Assembly (NCBI GenBank): GCA_965217035.1
Contig: OZ244226.1
Location: 974,146 to 1,038,145, forward strand
DNA: 64,000 nt
Source: Bacteriovoracaceae bacterium
GTDB taxonomy: Bacteria; Bdellovibrionota; Bacteriovoracia; Bacteriovoracales; Bacteriovoracaceae
Reading direction: 5' to 3'
The translations under genes and the position numbers were made by a program. The notes under the pieces are model-generated. The model was given only the letters and a program-made list of their open reading frames with translations, ran no database searches and had not been told where the DNA came from. Below, in pieces: positions 29,545 through 40,513 of this stretch. Positions within the stretch are counted from its first letter, which is position 1. Every line of letters begins with the position of its first letter.

Positions 29545-31410
29545 ATGACCAAATATAAAGATTTACTGCATAAAGCCAACACACTCCCTAAACAACCGGG
29601 ATGCTATCTCATGAAGAACTCACGAGATGAAATTATCTATGTTGGGAAAGCAAAAAATCTAAAACAAAGAGTAAAAACTTATTTCGATCAGTCTAAGAAA
29701 TTCATTAAAACAGAACACTTAGTTAAAAATACTAAAGACTTTGAATTCATTATTACCAACACTGAAATGGAATCTTTGATTTTAGAGAACAACCTCATAA
29801 AAAAACATACGCCAAAATATAATATCAGATTAAAGGATGGGAAAACTTATCCCTATGTCGAAATCAATACGAATGAAGCTTTTCCTCGATTGGAATACAC
29901 TAGAAAACCAAGAAGGAAAAAGGGACATGTTGTTTATGGCCCATTCCCAGAAGGAACCCACCTTAAAAGTATTATCCGAATTCTGACAAAAGTTTTGAAG
30001 CTAAGAGATTGTAGCCTCTCCGAATTTAATTCTCGAAAAACCCCCTGCTTACTTTACCAAATGAACCAATGTTCAGCTCCCTGTGTTGATCAAATCTCTA
30101 AAGAGCAATATGACAAACTCATCCAACAATCAGTCGCTTTTTTTAAAGGTCCAAAAGGACAAAGACAACTTATTCAGTTTCTCACTGAAGAAATGGAAAA
30201 ACTTTCAGAATCGGAAGAGTTTGAAAAAGCAATTATTATCAGAGACTCGCTCGATGAAATATACAGCTATCAAAAACATTATTCATCACAAAAAGTTGAA
30301 CTTGAAATCCCCGGTAAGGATCTAGATATTATTGCTTATTATTATGGAGAACAAGAGATTGATCTTTCAATTTATTCAATTCGAAACTCGCTGCTTATTG
30401 GTCATAATAATTTAAACTTCATAAATACTTACGATAATTTAGAAGACTTTGAAGATGACCTTACTGCGATTCTTTTTCAATACTACAGAGATTCAATGAA
30501 CCTTCCTAAGATTATTATTCTTGATGCTCAGACAGGACATGAACTTCTCGAAAGTGCCCTTAATGAAGATCTTAGTCATAAAATAAAAGTTAAAAGCCAA
30601 GATAAGAATTTAGAAAAACTTGTTGTGGCGACAAAAGAACACGCTCGAAATTCTCAACGTATGCGTGAGGAAAATAGAATTGGAGTTTTTAAAGGTCTTC
30701 AACATTTAAAAGATCTTTTGAGACTTGATGAACTTCCTAGAAAGCTAGAGTGTTATGATGTAGCCATTTGGCAAGGCTCTTCGCCTACTGCTTCTAAAGT
30801 TGTTTTCATTGATGGAAAAGCAGATAAAAATCTTTATAGACAATATAATCTCACAACTCGACCAGAGGGGAATAACGATTTTGCGATGATGAAAGAAGTT
30901 CTTGAGAGAAGAATCAAAAAAGGTTCATTTCCAGATGTCTTTATCGTTGATGGCGGAATTCAACAAGTTAATGTCTTCCTTAAAGTTTTAAAGGAATACG
31001 ACATTAATATTCCTGTTATAGGTATCGCGAAATCTAAAGTTTCAATGCAATCAAGATTTAAGGACAAAGAAATCACTCGAACTGAAGAAAGATTGATTAT
31101 TCCTCAAAGAAAGAATCCATTTATTCTTAAAAGATCACCCGAACTTTTTAGAATCATTGTTCGAATGCGCGATGAGTCTCATAGATTCTCTAGAAGGCTT
31201 CATCACAAAAAAGAACACCAAAAGTTAATTCGCTCAGATCTCACTCTAATTGAAGGAGTTGGAGAAGTGACTGCCAAAAAGATCTTATCAAAGCTAGAAG
31301 GTCCTATTAATGAACTTAAGAAGTTGAGTGCAAAAGAAATCTCTATTCTGTTTGGTATCAAAGAAAGCATTGCACAAAACATTTTAAACTTTCTTGCTAA
31401 AATGGACTAA
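29545..31410 (+). CDS. uvrC: Excinuclease ABC subunit C
   Basis: GIY-YIG (PGCYLMK..IYVGKAKNL), Cys cluster, UVR motif, ECYD, DGG, RDESHRF, HhH. Confidence 0.97.
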   Translation: MTKYKDLLHKANTLPKQPGCYLMKNSRDEIIYVGKAKNLKQRVKTYFDQSKKFIKTEHLVKNTKDFEFIITNTEMESLILENNLIKKHTPKYNIRLKDGKTYPYVEINTNEAFPRLEYTRKPRRKKGHVVYGPFPEGTHLKSIIRILTKVLKLRDCSLSEFNSRKTPCLLYQMNQCSAPCVDQISKEQYDKLIQQSVAFFKGPKGQRQLIQFLTEEMEKLSESEEFEKAIIIRDSLDEIYSYQKHYSSQKVELEIPGKDLDIIAYYYGEQEIDLSIYSIRNSLLIGHNNLNFINTYDNLEDFEDDLTAILFQYYRDSMNLPKIIILDAQTGHELLESALNEDLSHKIKVKSQDKNLEKLVVATKEHARNSQRMREENRIGVFKGLQHLKDLLRLDELPRKLECYDVAIWQGSSPTASKVVFIDGKADKNLYRQYNLTTRPEGNNDFAMMKEVLERRIKKGSFPDVFIVDGGIQQVNVFLKVLKEYDINIPVIGIAKSKVSMQSRFKDKEITRTEERLIIPQRKNPFILKRSPELFRIIVRMRDESHRFSRRLHHKKEHQKLIRSDLTLIEGVGEVTAKKILSKLEGPINELKKLSAKEISILFGIKESIAQNILNFLAKMD

Positions 31411-31448
31411 AAGACTCCAGAAAGCTAAAATCAAGGCTAGACCTATAC

Positions 31449-33068
31449 TTGGAGCATTCTATGAAATATCTCGTGATTTTTTCTATTCTTTTTTCTTCCT
31501 CTTCTTTTGCAGCTTGGAAGGTAAAGCGGCTCTATAATTACACAAAGAAAAGATCTAAAGTCATTGTAATTGAACATGTTAAAAATTTAAAAATAAGAAA
31601 AAAAGTTCTCTTGAAAAATATTCCTGAGTTCTTAAGCGAAACACCCATTAAAAAGAAAGATAAAATCCACTATCAGGAGATTCTTTTCCCGCAATCAAAA
31701 TATCAATTGAAAGAGGTCAAAAAGTATAACAAAAAACTCTTAGGGAATAATAAGCTACCTGTGGATGAAACAGAGGTTAAAACCTTAGTAAGCCAGGGTC
31801 CTGACCGAAATAGAATTGTACTGACAATTCTTGGAGATGGTTATACTCAATCCGAAAAAGCTAAATTTTTTAAAGATGCTCAAAGAATGACTGATGATCT
31901 TTTTAAAGTTGATACTTTTTCATCCTATCTTCCTCTCTTTAATGTTTATGCTGTTTTCGTTCCTTCAAAAGACTCTGGAATTACTGATACAACACGTAAA
32001 AATACAGCCTTTGATCTTTATCGCTCACCAAGGGGATCTAAAAGAGGAATTTTACCTGGCGACAGAAATGCAATAGAAAAAGCGCTTCGTCTTGCACCAG
32101 CTCCAGCTGACTATCCTATCATTATGGCTAATGATGATTTCTATGGAGGGCTTGGAGGACGTTATGCGATCACGACAAGATCTCTCACAAGCGGAAGTAT
32201 GGTTCTTCGTCATGAACTTGGTCATAATTTTGGAAATGTAGGGGAAGAGTATGATGGAGGGCAAGTTTATAGCGGTGCAAACTTCACACCTCGAAACTCG
32301 AAACCCAAATGGGCCCATTGGGCTAGTGGAAAGATCACACCTCATAGAGCTCTTTTCTTAGGAGGAGATTATATATGGCAACCTCTAAAAAATAACAAAT
32401 ACGAAAGAACATACAAATTTCCGGAAGGAAACCATCATCTCTTTTTAGAAATGAGTAGTGTTGGATGGGAATCCTTGCAAGATGTGAATGTTAAAGTTAA
32501 TGGGAAAAAAGTTGAATACAAAGGACTTTTCACCAAAGACAGAAGCTTCTTCCGTTATGGATTGAAGTTTTATAAAGAAAGAGAAGTCACTGTCACAGTT
32601 GAAGATCCTAATGGCGACGGAGACGACGTTCTCGCTTTTATGAATGTTTATGCTTATCCAGATACTTACGACTTTAAGAAAAATAATGTTCAAGCTTTTG
32701 CCAATTATAACTACAATGGCCGCTTTGTTGGATATAGACCAACAGACAGAACATGTCTTATGAAAGATATGAGATCTCCAAAGTTTTGTGCTATTGATCT
32801 TGAGAACATGTGGCATGAGTTCTTTAAAAGAGTAAAAATAATTGATTCTCTAGAAATAGAAGGAGACCAAGTTGTCCTAAGAACTCCAAATCTGAAAGGA
32901 GTTGAAATTAATTGGTATTTTAATGGCAAAGAGTTAAGCCAGCTAAAAAATAAAAAGTCATTCAAAGCGAAAGAACAAGGTGAATACAAAGCAAAAGTGC
33001 GCTTCAGAACTCCTCAAGTTCGTAAGTATGATAAGAAGTTTGCGGCAGAGAAAACAATTCAAATTTAA
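31449..33068 (+). CDS. M64 family (IgA peptidase-like) secreted metallopeptidase; likely start ATG 31461
   Basis: ILGDGYT, FNVYAV..S..SG, HELGHNFG..GEEY, YRPT..CLM..FC. Confidence 0.88.
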   Translation: MEHSMKYLVIFSILFSSSSFAAWKVKRLYNYTKKRSKVIVIEHVKNLKIRKKVLLKNIPEFLSETPIKKKDKIHYQEILFPQSKYQLKEVKKYNKKLLGNNKLPVDETEVKTLVSQGPDRNRIVLTILGDGYTQSEKAKFFKDAQRMTDDLFKVDTFSSYLPLFNVYAVFVPSKDSGITDTTRKNTAFDLYRSPRGSKRGILPGDRNAIEKALRLAPAPADYPIIMANDDFYGGLGGRYAITTRSLTSGSMVLRHELGHNFGNVGEEYDGGQVYSGANFTPRNSKPKWAHWASGKITPHRALFLGGDYIWQPLKNNKYERTYKFPEGNHHLFLEMSSVGWESLQDVNVKVNGKKVEYKGLFTKDRSFFRYGLKFYKEREVTVTVEDPNGDGDDVLAFMNVYAYPDTYDFKKNNVQAFANYNYNGRFVGYRPTDRTCLMKDMRSPKFCAIDLENMWHEFFKRVKIIDSLEIEGDQVVLRTPNLKGVEINWYFNGKELSQLKNKKSFKAKEQGEYKAKVRFRTPQVRKYDKKFAAEKTIQI

Positions 33069-33080
33069 ATAATAGACTCT

Positions 33081-33115
33081 CTCCTCTTAGTTAAATAAAA
33101 CTAAGAGGAGTTTCT
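33081..33115 (+). terminator. Intrinsic terminator after M64 peptidase
   Basis: Perfect 12-bp stem CTCCTCTTAGTT/AACTAAGAGGAG followed by TTTCT. Confidence 0.8.
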
Positions 33116-33228
33116 ATTCAAAGTTCAAAAAGATTCAAAAATCTCTTAAAATAGTTTTTGTTCGATAAAGCGACTACTTGTTTTACACTAACAAGTAAAA
33201 AATTCAGAGCTCTCGCATTCAATCTGTA

Positions 33229-34104
33229 GGGCGTGTCTTCAAAGTTAGAAGGGTCTGAGAAAATGTAAGGCCTTTTAAGGTCATTTATCTTGGCCATTGA
33301 TCATAATTCTACTTTCATAGATCTATGAAAACAACAGAACGATTATTTTTAACAAACACTATGTGGAAAAAAATAGAACCTCTTTTACCAGCTGAACGTG
33401 GTCGCTGCGCTCGTCCCTCAAAATGTAACCGAACAATGCTTGAAGGAATGATTTGGAAGCTTAGAGTCGGTTGTCCCTGGAGAGATCTCCCTGTTGAGTT
33501 TGGTCCTTGGCAATCAGTTTACACTCGTTTTAATCGTTGGTCAGAATCAGGAATCTTCCAAGAAGTTTTTGTTCTGATTAAAGACAAGTTAACAAAGCAA
33601 AACGTTGCCTTGGATTCAAGTATTGTTCGAGCTCATCAACATGCTCATGGTGCTCGAAAAAAAATGGTGATCAGAAGATAGGAAAAAGCTCAGGTGGTCC
33701 CACAACAAAGATTCACCTTTTAACAGACAGCTACGGTAATCCGGAGATCATTAAATTAAGTCCAGGCAATATTCATGACATTGATACCGCGTATGAATTT
33801 ATTGAAGAGTTACCCGATCAAGTCGAGCAACTTCTTGCTGATAAAGGTTATGATGCAGATTTGTTCAGAAAGTCACTCGAAGCGAGAGGAGTAAGTCCTG
33901 TTATTCCAGGAAGAAGAAGTCGAAAGAAGGAGATTGTTTACGACAAGGAACTTTATAGAGACAGACATGTTGTCGAGAATTCTTTTTGTAACTTAAAGCA
34001 ATTTAGGTCGATTGCAATGAGATTTGAAAAGCTTGCTCGAAACTATATGACCATGGTTTTACTGGGAGCGATTCTTATGTGGAGTAAACTTTGAAAACAC
34101 GCCC
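33229..34104 (+). mobile_element. Complete IS5-family element (IS427-like group), 876 bp
   Basis: IRL GGGCGTGTCTTCAAAGTT (33229-33246) and IRR AACTTTGAAAACACGCCC (34087-34104), 17/18 match; TA duplicated at 33227-33228 and 34105-34106. Confidence 0.95.
33325..34094 (+). CDS. IS5-family DDE transposase split by a -1 frameshift at an A8 tract
   Basis: orfA W..IEPLLP..GCPWRDLP.EFGPWQSVYTRF.RW..DSSIVRAHQH; A8 at 33657-33664; -1 frame GKSSGGPTTKIH..HD..ADKGYD..Y..RHVVENSF..LKQFRSIAMRFEK. Confidence 0.93.
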
Positions 34105-34155
34105 TAATTTTGAAACAATACCAAAAAATTATTTATTTTTAAGTAAGGGAGAAAA

Positions 34156-34585
34156 ATGAAAAAGATCATTAATATCTTTATCTTCGCTGTAACGATTGCT
34201 TCTATGAACTCTTATGCAACTCCTGTTGTTGAGAAATGGAAGTGCACTAATATCAATGGAGTATCTCCTGCCAGCATAATAAGGTACTGCTGACAACTTA
34301 GAGGTTGAGGTGAATATCAATGAAAAAAGCCTTTATGACATAGAACAAACAAATGTAAAGCTTGAATTTTGGAGTGGATTAGAAACTCTTCAGCATATTA
34401 ACTCGACATGGTATTTCTATAAATTTGAAAACAAGAAAAGTCCTAATTATGGCAATACATTTGCTGAACTTACAGTTGATTATAATAAACCAAGCCAGGG
34501 TCAGATCCGTGTTTGTACCGATACTGATGATTCAGCAGAAGCTTGCTTTGAAAACAAAAAGGGAGAATGCCAAGTTGTAAAATAA
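34156..34585 (+). pseudogene. Small secreted Cys-containing protein, frameshifted near 34281
   Basis: AAGGGAG RBS plus MKKIINIFIFAVTIASMNSYA signal peptide; frame stops at 34291-34293; +1 frame is open from 34283 (GTADNLEVEVNINEK) into ORF 34310-34585. Confidence 0.7.
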
Positions 34586-34609
34586 TACAATTGATCCAAT
34601 CGATAATTT

Positions 34610-34640
34610 AAAAGACTTCCACTTTCCTGGAGGTCTTTTT
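34610..34640. terminator. Bidirectional terminator
   Basis: AAAAGACTTCCA..TGGAGGTCTTTTT between convergent genes. Confidence 0.75.
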
Positions 34641-35173
34641 CATTTTAAAAGAAGAATCTTTTCCATTCGAATACCATCCCACAACTGCTGATTATAAAAA
34701 GTAAACCCAGGAATGGTTCCAATCTCTTTAAAACCAATCTTTCTATAAAAACTTTTAGCTCGATCATTATAATCAAATACTCCAAGTTCAATCCTTTTTG
34801 CTCCTCGTCTGATCGACTCTCGTTCGAAGTGCTTCATAGACTCTTCTCCAATTCCTTTCCCCCAATAAGAACGCTCTCCAATCATAAAACCTAACCAACT
34901 CGTTCCTTCTTCTTTCACGAATAGATGCTCCGGATCCATCATGATGGAATAATAGCCAACATAATCATCGTTACATTTAATCATAAAAAAACGATCAATC
35001 TGTTCCTGGTTTTGAAATTGTTTCTGTAATGTCTCAATAGATTCTTTGGTATGAACAAAACTTTCTTTCATTAGAGTCGTAAGCTCTATAAGTTCTTTAT
35101 CATTCCACCATCTTTCAAGAGCTAAAAGTTGCTCCTCATTGCTTGGATCAATTTTTGAAATTTCAAGATGCAT
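34640..35173 (-). CDS. GNAT (RimJ/RimL-like) N-acetyltransferase
   Basis: IGERSYWGKGIG, LGVFDYNDRAKSFYRKIGFKEIG. Confidence 0.92.
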   Translation of the reverse strand: MHLEISKIDPSNEEQLLALERWWNDKELIELTTLMKESFVHTKESIETLQKQFQNQEQIDRFFMIKCNDDYVGYYSIMMDPEHLFVKEEGTSWLGFMIGERSYWGKGIGEESMKHFERESIRRGAKRIELGVFDYNDRAKSFYRKIGFKEIGTIPGFTFYNQQLWDGIRMEKILLLK

Positions 35174-36568
35174 TTAATGACGACGTCGATTACGCCCTCT
35201 AACCTTACACTTTCTATTAATGTCAGCAATCTTCTGTAAAAGAGATTTGCTTGGACCAAGGTTAGCCATTCTGAAAAGCCTATTGTGTTCGCGAATAAAC
35301 TGCTTCGCGAGCCAACGATTCTTAATAATCAATAACGATTCATCATTCGTGTAATTACCAGAATCTGACCAATTATGAGAACCAAAAATTACGATTTCTC
35401 GATCGATAACAGCAAACTTATGATGGAGCTTATCTCCATGAGTAAGAATAGGTTTTCCACCTGTTTTTACTCTTTTTTTCCATATTTTATTATCATCTTG
35501 AAGTTTGCAATTTTGAGAGTTTCTTAACTCTAACCCCCACATATCAAGCAAACCACTATAATATCGAGTTGCAAATGTTGGATCAATAAGAAGTTCAACA
35601 TCCATTCGAGGATTTTTATACTTTGTTTCTCCGAGAGCATCTGAAATCGGTTGAGAAGTAAAATTAAAAAGATTTGCTACAAATTCTCTCTTTGCTCTCT
35701 TTACTACTTTTGAAATAGTTGCATTGGTAGACTTTTCCCAGCCAAGTTTAGAAACACGAGTCGGCGAGAATTGAACACGTACGCCCCCTCCCTCATGGCG
35801 AAATGACTTCACTCCACGATAAGGTTTATGCTTCTTGAAAATACCCTTCCACATCAACCTGAACTCTTCAGTGAAATGCTTTGAGATAGAATAGGACTTT
35901 AAAACGACCATTGCATTCGCATTACCGATTGAATGAGGTTTATCAAAATCTCCATGAGTACCGCTTCTAGTAAAATTTGCAGAAGAAACGATTGTAACTT
36001 TCTGATCAATAACAACAAACTTATGGTGCATTAAACTCGAGGTTTTTTGCTTGCCTCGACTGTCATCTTTAACAGGGACTTCACCTTTTTTGAGAATAAG
36101 AAGAGCATCTCTCTCAATAATTTCTTTATTTGAGATCTTAATTTCATCAATTGATTTAGCATTTGGTTTATTATCAAGAAACTTAAGCTGTTCAAAAACC
36201 TTAGCTTTAAGGTGAGGACTTAATTTTTTAAACTTTGCTTTTGGAATACGTGCAAAGCTTCGGTTATAAGTATCTTCAAGCATGACTTTTACATCAATAC
36301 CTCTTTTCTTAGCAGCAACGAGAGCCTTGGCCAAAAAGGTTAAATTAAATTCTTGAACAGCAAGATAGACCGACTTTTTCGCAGAGTTGATCTCTTTTAT
36401 CATTACCTGTTCGAAGTCTGACCCAGGTTTTAGAATTTCTCTATATGGATCAACATAGCTTTTGGTATTATCGTTATTAAAAAAAACTTTTGTATTGTAT
36501 GCAAAGAGCTGTTCTGCCGAGAACAAAACGACGAGGATAAAAAGAAATTTCTTTAAAGCTGATTCCAT
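35174..36568 (-). CDS. Secreted phospholipase D-family protein with two HKD motifs (Nuc/ComA-like nuclease)
   Basis: Signal peptide; MHHKFVVID..SSANFT and LHHKFAVID..GSHNWS..NDE. Confidence 0.9.
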   Translation of the reverse strand: MESALKKFLFILVVLFSAEQLFAYNTKVFFNNDNTKSYVDPYREILKPGSDFEQVMIKEINSAKKSVYLAVQEFNLTFLAKALVAAKKRGIDVKVMLEDTYNRSFARIPKAKFKKLSPHLKAKVFEQLKFLDNKPNAKSIDEIKISNKEIIERDALLILKKGEVPVKDDSRGKQKTSSLMHHKFVVIDQKVTIVSSANFTRSGTHGDFDKPHSIGNANAMVVLKSYSISKHFTEEFRLMWKGIFKKHKPYRGVKSFRHEGGGVRVQFSPTRVSKLGWEKSTNATISKVVKRAKREFVANLFNFTSQPISDALGETKYKNPRMDVELLIDPTFATRYYSGLLDMWGLELRNSQNCKLQDDNKIWKKRVKTGGKPILTHGDKLHHKFAVIDREIVIFGSHNWSDSGNYTNDESLLIIKNRWLAKQFIREHNRLFRMANLGPSKSLLQKIADINRKCKVRGRNRRRH

Positions 36569-36690
36569 GAGCTCTCCAATTCCACTGCTTCCTGAGTGAG
36601 TTAAAATTAAGAGATTATGGAAAAACGTATCATTTTGATCAGGAAAAGAAAAAATGTTTTATTAGAGTAATATTAAGGAGTTACAAGGAT

Positions 36691-36715
36691 TGGCCGGAGA
36701 TTTTAGCTCCGGCCA
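36691..36715. terminator. GC-rich hairpin directly after nrdJ (terminator or 3' stabiliser)
   Basis: TGGCCGGAG-N7-CTCCGGCCA perfect 9-bp stem; no clear U-tract. Confidence 0.55.
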
Positions 36716-36722
36716 GAAAATA

Positions 36723-39700
36723 TTAGGAACATCCCGTTGTTGCACCGCACGTGTCACACTTCATACAAGCCCCGTTCCGGACCAATGTAAAAGCTCCACA
36801 ATCAGTACAAGCCTCACCCTCATAGCCTTTCATTTTGGCTACTTGGCGTTTCTTTTGTTCAGCTATCATCTCTGAGTTAGCCTCTTTGCTGTAAACCTTT
36901 TGAGTGTCTACGCTTATAGTCCCATCTGCATGGTGGACTTCCTGAGACTTCTCAATCATTTGAAGAAGTGGTTCTTCATCATTTCTGTCTTCGCCTGCAA
37001 TAGCGTCTGACTTGAGGTCAGATGGCTTAACGTGAACAAGGTCATGCCTTCCAAGATAGCGGCAAGCGAGATCCCTGAAGACGTAATCAATTACAGATGT
37101 CGACATCTTGATATTGTCATGCCCTACAACAACTCCATTTGGTTCAAAACGAGTAAATGTAAAAGCATCAACAAATTCTTCTAGAGGAACTCCATACTGA
37201 AGGCCAAGAGAAATTGCGATAGAAAAACAATTCATTAACGATCGGTAAGCAGCACCTTCTTTATGCATATCTACAAAAATTTCTCCGAGGGTACCATCAG
37301 TGTACTGACCTGTTCTCAGATAAACTTTGTGCCCACCTACATTCGCTTTTTGAGTATAACCGATTCTCATATTTGGAAGCGGCTTTCTTTGAGAAACTTC
37401 TTTATAAATAACTTTTTCAACAAGCTTCTCTGCAACGGCCGTCACTTTCTCTGTCTGCGAAAGCTCATCATAGCCTTCATCAAGAAGACCAACAAGATCC
37501 TCAAAAGCTTGAGCATTCAGTGGTTGCGAAAGCTTAGAGCCATCTCGATAAATAGCATTTGCTTTTAACATCAGGCTCCAAGAGAGTTTGTAAGCTTTCG
37601 CAATGTCTTCTACCGTAGCCTCATTTGGCATATTGATTGTTTTTGAAATTGCTCCAGAAAGGAAAGGTTGAGCCGCAGCCATCATACGAATATGACCTTC
37701 GTATGAAATTACTCTTTGCCCATACTTTCCACATTTATTAGCACAATCAAAAACCGCCAAGTCTTTTTCTTTAATATGGGGTGCACCTTCAACTGTCATA
37801 GTTCCACAAACGTAATCATTTGCTTCATCAATCTGTTTTGAAGTGAAGCCCATTTCACTCAGAATATTGAGGTTTGGATCGTTGAGTTTGTCTTCAGATA
37901 ATTTAAGTGTTTTTGTTAAAAATTCATCGCCAAGAGAAAAACGAGAAAAAGCAAAGGTAATATCAAAAGCGCTAGCCAGGGAGTTCTCAATTGTAGTGAT
38001 CTTTTCATCCGTAAATCCTTTTTCTCTAAGACTTGCATGACTTAGTCCTTCAGAACCTACCAATGTTCCTCGTCCAACTGCATAGTCAATAATGTCTTTT
38101 ATTTCATTTTCTTTATAACCAAGGTTCGAAAGAGCGACAGGTACGGACTGGTTTATAATTTTAAAATATCCACCACCAGCAAGTTTTTTAAACTTAACAA
38201 GCGCAAAATCAGGTTCAATTCCGGTCGTATCACAATCCATGACAAGACCAATTGTTCCTGTAGGCGCTAGCACCGTCACTTGTGCGTTTCTATATCCATG
38301 TTTTTCACCAAGCTCAAGAGCTCTATCCCACGCTACCAGAGCAGCTTCGTGCAAATACTTTGGAGTCAATGATTTGCTAAGGGGTTCAGGTCTTACTGTT
38401 AAGGCTTCATATTCTCCGTCCTCTACTGCATGAGCTGCTCGACGATGATTCCTGATAACTCTGAGCATTTCTTTTTTGTTTTTTTCATAACCAGGGAATG
38501 GTCCATGCTCCTTCGCAAGAAGAGCTGAAGTTTTATAACTCGTCCCACCCATGATCGCTGTTAAAGCTGCAGCGATCGCGCGACCTTCTTCTGAGTCATA
38601 AGGATGACCAAGCCTCATAAGAAGTGCTCCGATGTTTGCATATCCAAGTCCAAGAGTTCTGAACTTGTAACTTAACTCTGCAATCTTATCGGAAGGGAAT
38701 TGTGCCATAAGAACTGAAATCTCAAGAATTGTTGTCCAAATTTCACAAGCGTGGATGTATTTTTCGACATCAAACATATTTGTAACAGGATCAAGAAACT
38801 TAACGAGGTTTAAGCTTGCTAAGTTACAGGCTGTATCATCGAGAAACATGTACTCCGAACATGGATTCGAAGCATTGATTCGTCCATCATTTGGGCATGT
38901 ATGCCATTCATTAATCGTATCGTCATACTGCACGCCTGGATCAGCTGACTGCCAAGCCGCCTCATTAATCTTTTCGAAAAGATCACGAGCTTTTACTGTT
39001 TTACAAACCTCTCCAGTCGTTCTTGAAATAAGGTTCCAATCACCATCTTGTTCAAGCGTTTTGAAAAAGCTATTTGGAATTCGAATAGAATTGTTTGAGT
39101 TCTGCCCACTTACAGTAGCGTAAGCCTCAGAGTTCCAATCAGTATCAAAAGTTTCAAATTCAAGTTTTGTAAAACCCTGTTTTGCAAGATCGAGACAACG
39201 AGAAATATAGTTCATCGGAACGTATTCTTTTTTAGCCTTTCTAATTGCTTTCGCAAGACTGGAGTTAAACTTCGATTTATATTTTTTATCATTATCAAGA
39301 TCAGAACTTGAAATCGCTTCGAAAATCTTCTCAAGATTTTCTTTACAAATCTTAGAGCCAGTCACGAGTGAGGCAACTTTTCTTTCTTCCTTAACCTTCC
39401 AAAGAACAAAGTCTTCAATATCAGGATGATCAAGATCCAGGCAAACCATTTTTGCTGCTCGACGAGTTGTTCCTCCTGATTTGATGGCTCCAGCAGCCCT
39501 GTCTCCAATTTTCAAGAAAGACATTAGCCCAGATGATTTTCCTCCACCAGAGAGAGACTCTCCGTCTCCTCTAATATTTGAAAAGTTTGTTCCTGTTCCT
39601 GATCCATATTTGAAAAGCCTCGCTTCACGAGTCCAGAGATCCATGATCCCACCTTCATTAACAAGATCATCATTAATAGACTGAATAAAACAAGCGTGTG

Positions 39701-40265
39701 GTTGCGGGCGCTCATAAGCATTTTTTGATTTCTTAACTTTTCCTGTTTTTGGATCTACAAAGCTATGCCCTTGAGGGTTGCCAGTAATCCCATAAGCTGT
39801 ATGAAGACCTGTATTAAACCACTGAGGTGAATTTGGTGCAGCCATTTGGTTAGCAAGCATATAACGAACTTCATCTTCAAAAGCTTTTGCATCTTCTTCA
39901 GAGTCAAAATAATTATATTTATGTCCCCAAGAGGCCCAACAGCCAGCAAGTCGATCAAACACTTGGCGTGAATCGGTTTCCGATCCTAAAATCGGATTTC
40001 CCTTATCATCGAGAATGACTTCACCTTTTTCATTGGTCTGAGGCACCCCAGCCTTTCTAAAATATTTTTGAGCAATGATATCGGTAGCCACTTGAGACCA
40101 GGTACTCGGAACAGTTACTTCCATATTTGAAGAGCTGGACCCATCTGTATTTCTGATTTCACTGGTCCGCTTTTCAAATTCGAAACTTGCATAAGGAGAC
40201 TCTCCTTGCTCCGTAAATAAACGTTTGACCTTCACTTCAACTCCTTTTGTAAATGTCCGATCCAC
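36723..40265 (-). CDS. nrdJ: Class II (adenosylcobalamin-dependent) ribonucleotide reductase with C-terminal TSCPD/Zn-ribbon
   Basis: [71 protein letters not shown]. Confidence 0.97.
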   Translation of the reverse strand: MDRTFTKGVEVKVKRLFTEQGESPYASFEFEKRTSEIRNTDGSSSSNMEVTVPSTWSQVATDIIAQKYFRKAGVPQTNEKGEVILDDKGNPILGSETDSRQVFDRLAGCWASWGHKYNYFDSEEDAKAFEDEVRYMLANQMAAPNSPQWFNTGLHTAYGITGNPQGHSFVDPKTGKVKKSKNAYERPQPHACFIQSINDDLVNEGGIMDLWTREARLFKYGSGTGTNFSNIRGDGESLSGGGKSSGLMSFLKIGDRAAGAIKSGGTTRRAAKMVCLDLDHPDIEDFVLWKVKEERKVASLVTGSKICKENLEKIFEAISSSDLDNDKKYKSKFNSSLAKAIRKAKKEYVPMNYISRCLDLAKQGFTKLEFETFDTDWNSEAYATVSGQNSNNSIRIPNSFFKTLEQDGDWNLISRTTGEVCKTVKARDLFEKINEAAWQSADPGVQYDDTINEWHTCPNDGRINASNPCSEYMFLDDTACNLASLNLVKFLDPVTNMFDVEKYIHACEIWTTILEISVLMAQFPSDKIAELSYKFRTLGLGYANIGALLMRLGHPYDSEEGRAIAAALTAIMGGTSYKTSALLAKEHGPFPGYEKNKKEMLRVIRNHRRAAHAVEDGEYEALTVRPEPLSKSLTPKYLHEAALVAWDRALELGEKHGYRNAQVTVLAPTGTIGLVMDCDTTGIEPDFALVKFKKLAGGGYFKIINQSVPVALSNLGYKENEIKDIIDYAVGRGTLVGSEGLSHASLREKGFTDEKITTIENSLASAFDITFAFSRFSLGDEFLTKTLKLSEDKLNDPNLNILSEMGFTSKQIDEANDYVCGTMTVEGAPHIKEKDLAVFDCANKCGKYGQRVISYEGHIRMMAAAQPFLSGAISKTINMPNEATVEDIAKAYKLSWSLMLKANAIYRDGSKLSQPLNAQAFEDLVGLLDEGYDELSQTEKVTAVAEKLVEKVIYKEVSQRKPLPNMRIGYTQKANVGGHKVYLRTGQYTDGTLGEIFVDMHKEGAAYRSLMNCFSIAISLGLQYGVPLEEFVDAFTFTRFEPNGVVVGHDNIKMSTSVIDYVFRDLACRYLGRHDLVHVKPSDLKSDAIAGEDRNDEEPLLQMIEKSQEVHHADGTISVDTQKVYSKEANSEMIAEQKKRQVAKMKGYEGEACTDCGAFTLVRNGACMKCDTCGATTGCS

Positions 40266-40315
40266 TAAAAACTGTAAGGGATAAGTTCATAATATGAGAT
40301 TTTAAAATCTCGTCA

Positions 40316-40373
40316 ACACAAGATATAGGCACAAAGCTCGTCAAAAAATTGTCACAACTACAATATATAGTGG
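40316..40373. promoter_or_regulatory. Two NrdR boxes upstream of nrdJ
   Basis: ACACAAGATATAGGCA (40316-40331) and CTACAATATATAGTGG (40358-40373) match acaCwAtATaTwGtg; starts 42 bp apart. Confidence 0.85.
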
Positions 40374-40513
40374 CCCACGCTCTATATCATTATACAATAA
40401 ATATCAGGGGTTGCTTCCATGCAGAGAGAATTGGCCCTCAAGCCCATTCCTAGATTTATGCACTCTACTATCGGATCCTTCCTCTAGTATCGAAAAATCA
40501 CTTTAACAAATCC

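Noticed and set aside
34129..34320. 63-aa minus-strand ORF next to the IS
   Set aside because: Antisense to the signal-peptide-bearing frameshifted gene, which has the RBS
36723..40265. Possible intein or intron in the 1180-aa RNR
   Set aside because: No splice-junction or homing-endonuclease motifs seen; the length fits NrdJ with a TSCPD/Zn-ribbon extension
40266..40513. Cobalamin riboswitch or other ncRNA upstream of nrdJ
   Set aside because: No B12-box recognised; the NrdR boxes explain the conserved-looking sequence. An Rfam scan would be decisive
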